Shown here: piece after piece, positions 62,464-64,000 of the stretch | Layout: every line of letters begins with the position of its first letter | Position numbering within the stretch: the first letter of the stretch is position 1 | From: Thermoanaerobaculia bacterium | GTDB taxonomy: Bacteria; Acidobacteriota; Thermoanaerobaculia; Multivoradales; UBA5704 | Length of the DNA: 64,000 nucleotides | Assembly: GCA_036376245.1 (NCBI GenBank) | Contig: DASVAS010000040.1 | Location: 64,293 to 128,292, forward strand | Direction of reading: 5' to 3' | Position numbers and translations under genes: made by a program | The notes under the pieces: generated by a model | What the model was told of the DNA's origin: nothing | The model's database searches: none | What the model saw: only the letters and a program-made list of their open reading frames with translations

Positions 62464-63776
62464 CGATCGCGTTCCTCTCTCTCTTCTTCGGGTTGATCAC
62501 GGGACCCTATCCCGTCGAGCTGTCGGTCAATGGACCCGTGGCCGAGGTGGAGATCCTTCTCGACGGCCGGACCGCGGCGCGCCTAGACGGGCCGCCATGG
62601 ACGACGGAGATCGATTTCGGCCGCGACCTGCTCCCTCATACCGTCGTGGCCTGCGCCCTGGACGACAAAGGCCGGGAGATCGGGCGCGCGCAGGCCTGGG
62701 TCAACCTCCCCAATCCGCTGACCAAGGTGGAGATCCTGCCGGAAGGGGACCCGGGCCATGCGCCGCGAGCCGCGCGGGTGATATGGACGAACCTGAAAGG
62801 CGAGCAACCCCGCTCCGTGACCCTGAGCTTCGACGGGTTGCCGGTGACGCTGGACGCCGCCGGACGCGCCGCGCTCCCGCCGCACGACCTGAAGACCCTG
62901 CACGTGCTCAGCGCCGAAGTCGAGTTCTCGCCGCTGCAGATCGTCCGCAAGGACGCCGCCTACGGAGGCGAGTTCGGCAGCGAGGTCTCGACGGAGCTGA
63001 CGGCGCTCCCGGTGCGTTCGCGTCAGGGCAAGCTGCCGCCCCCCGACAAGCTCGGCGGCTGGTTCAAGGCCGGGGATCAGACCCTCTCTGTGGCGGCGGT
63101 CGAGGAAGGGCCGGCGCAGCTCTTCGTGGTCCGCTCGCCGCAGCCGCGGGAGATCGTCAACCGGCTTGGGACGCTGGTCAGGCGGCCGAGCAATCCCAGG
63201 ACGGAGAAGCTCGACAACGAGCACCTCGTCCGCTTCGTCTTCCCGGTCCCCCTGCGGTTCGAGTCCGGGCGGGAGCTGACGGACCTCTTCGACATCTCGA
63301 CGCCCTTCACGACACCGCGCGGCGGTTTCGCCCAGTTGGTGGAGACGGTCGACCGCAGGGTCCAGCCGGGCGTGACGCTGGGCGCGGAGAAGCGGATCGC
63401 CGACGCGGTGGCGGTGGCGGGCCTGACGGCGGTCACCGAGAACCGCCGGCGCGCCGTGCTCCTGGTGATCTCCGGCGACGAAAAAGACGCGAGCTTCCAC
63501 AGCCCGGCGGCCGTCCGCAAGTACCTGGAATCGATCCACGTGCCGCTCTTCGTCTGGTGCCTGAACAAGCCGGCGCCGGAGTCCCCCCTGGCGGCCTGGG
63601 GCGAGTGCGCGGAGGTCCTGGACAGCAGGATCCTCCCTCGCGCGATCGGCGACATCCGCCGCGAGCTGAATTCCCAGCGGATCGTCCTGGTGGACGGCCG
63701 GCACCTGCCGCAGTCGATCGCGCTCGGACCCGCCGCGTCCGGCCAACTGGAGCTGGTCGGCGGCGGGTCGCGATAG
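62460..63776 (+). CDS. exported/membrane-anchored hypothetical protein, tandem paralog 2 of 3 (ATGA-coupled to copy 1)
   Basis: 438 aa; same architecture and many identical blocks (GGEFGSEVSTELTA, RIADAVAVAGLTA, PLFVWCLNKPAP, RIVLVDGRHLPQSIAL). Confidence 0.65.
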   Translation: MTIAFLSLFFGLITGPYPVELSVNGPVAEVEILLDGRTAARLDGPPWTTEIDFGRDLLPHTVVACALDDKGREIGRAQAWVNLPNPLTKVEILPEGDPGHAPRAARVIWTNLKGEQPRSVTLSFDGLPVTLDAAGRAALPPHDLKTLHVLSAEVEFSPLQIVRKDAAYGGEFGSEVSTELTALPVRSRQGKLPPPDKLGGWFKAGDQTLSVAAVEEGPAQLFVVRSPQPREIVNRLGTLVRRPSNPRTEKLDNEHLVRFVFPVPLRFESGRELTDLFDISTPFTTPRGGFAQLVETVDRRVQPGVTLGAEKRIADAVAVAGLTAVTENRRRAVLLVISGDEKDASFHSPAAVRKYLESIHVPLFVWCLNKPAPESPLAAWGECAEVLDSRILPRAIGDIRRELNSQRIVLVDGRHLPQSIALGPAASGQLELVGGGSR

Positions 63777-63791
63777 GGCCATAATGAATCC

Positions 63792-64000
63792 ATGATCGCC
63801 TTCGTCACTCTGCTCCTCGGTCTGATCTCCGGCGTCTATCCCATCGAGGTGACCGTCGGCGGCTCCGTGGCCGCGGTGGAGTACACCCTGGACGGCGTGC
63901 AGGTGGCGCGGCTCGAAGGCCCGCCCTGGACCGCCCCCGTCAACCTGGGGCCGGACCTGCGGCCCCGGGTGCTCACCGCCGTCGCCCTGGACGCGGAGGG
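63792..64000 (+). CDS. tandem paralog 3 of 3 (partial, continues beyond window)
   Basis: MIAFVTLLLGLISGVYPIEVTVGGSVAAVEYTLDG... same N-terminal pattern. Confidence 0.55.
   Translation, partial: MIAFVTLLLGLISGVYPIEVTVGGSVAAVEYTLDGVQVARLEGPPWTAPVNLGPDLRPRVLTAVALDAE

Overview
This window is a high-GC (about 68-70%) bacterial chromosomal segment that is densely coded; at this GC content the six-frame track is full of spurious antisense ORFs. Gene content and order are loosely Acidobacteria/Gemmatimonadetes-like, but that taxonomic guess is weak. The first ~17.8 kb is a minus-strand housekeeping run: ApbE, TetR, tyrS, a GT2 glycosyltransferase, dapF, an FN3 lipoprotein, hslU, hslV, xerC, trmFO, a radical SAM protein, DUF547, and three paralogous S33-type alpha/beta-hydrolase modules, two of them fused into one 1052-aa protein. 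Then comes a lower-GC island (17.8-20.5 kb) with a ~550-bp noncoding region carrying degenerate 21-nt tandem repeats, followed by a translationally coupled ABC-type AAA ATPase plus HNH endonuclease pair that looks like a Septu (PtuA/PtuB)-type anti-phage module; the HNH gene appears frameshifted at a C5 run. After that: an MsbA-like ABC exporter, a DinB-like protein, a PAS-GGDEF-EAL protein, a small lower-GC lipoprotein island with convergent terminators, two tandem M14 carboxypeptidases, a B3 metallo-beta-lactamase-fold gene preceded by a TAT-exported LanC-like gene, fadD, DUF1820, DUF885, an Uma2 endonuclease and a DAO-type oxidoreductase. The feature I find most notable is a family of ~550-bp miniature elements with ~65-70-bp GC-rich terminal inverted repeats that carry only a DUF559 (Vsr-like endonuclease fold) gene. 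Two complete copies flank the large multi-CBM pullulanase gene and a 5'-truncated third copy sits after a TPR-CHAT gene. The rest of the window holds an ECF sigma/anti-sigma/DUF4252 x2 module, a DUF433/DUF5615 pair, glyA, a histone-like basic protein, pccB, a TldD/PmbA pair, vapBC, DUF47 + PiT (PiT has no canonical start codon), and a tandem array of three paralogous exported-protein genes running off the window end. No rRNA, tRNA or CRISPR array was recognised.
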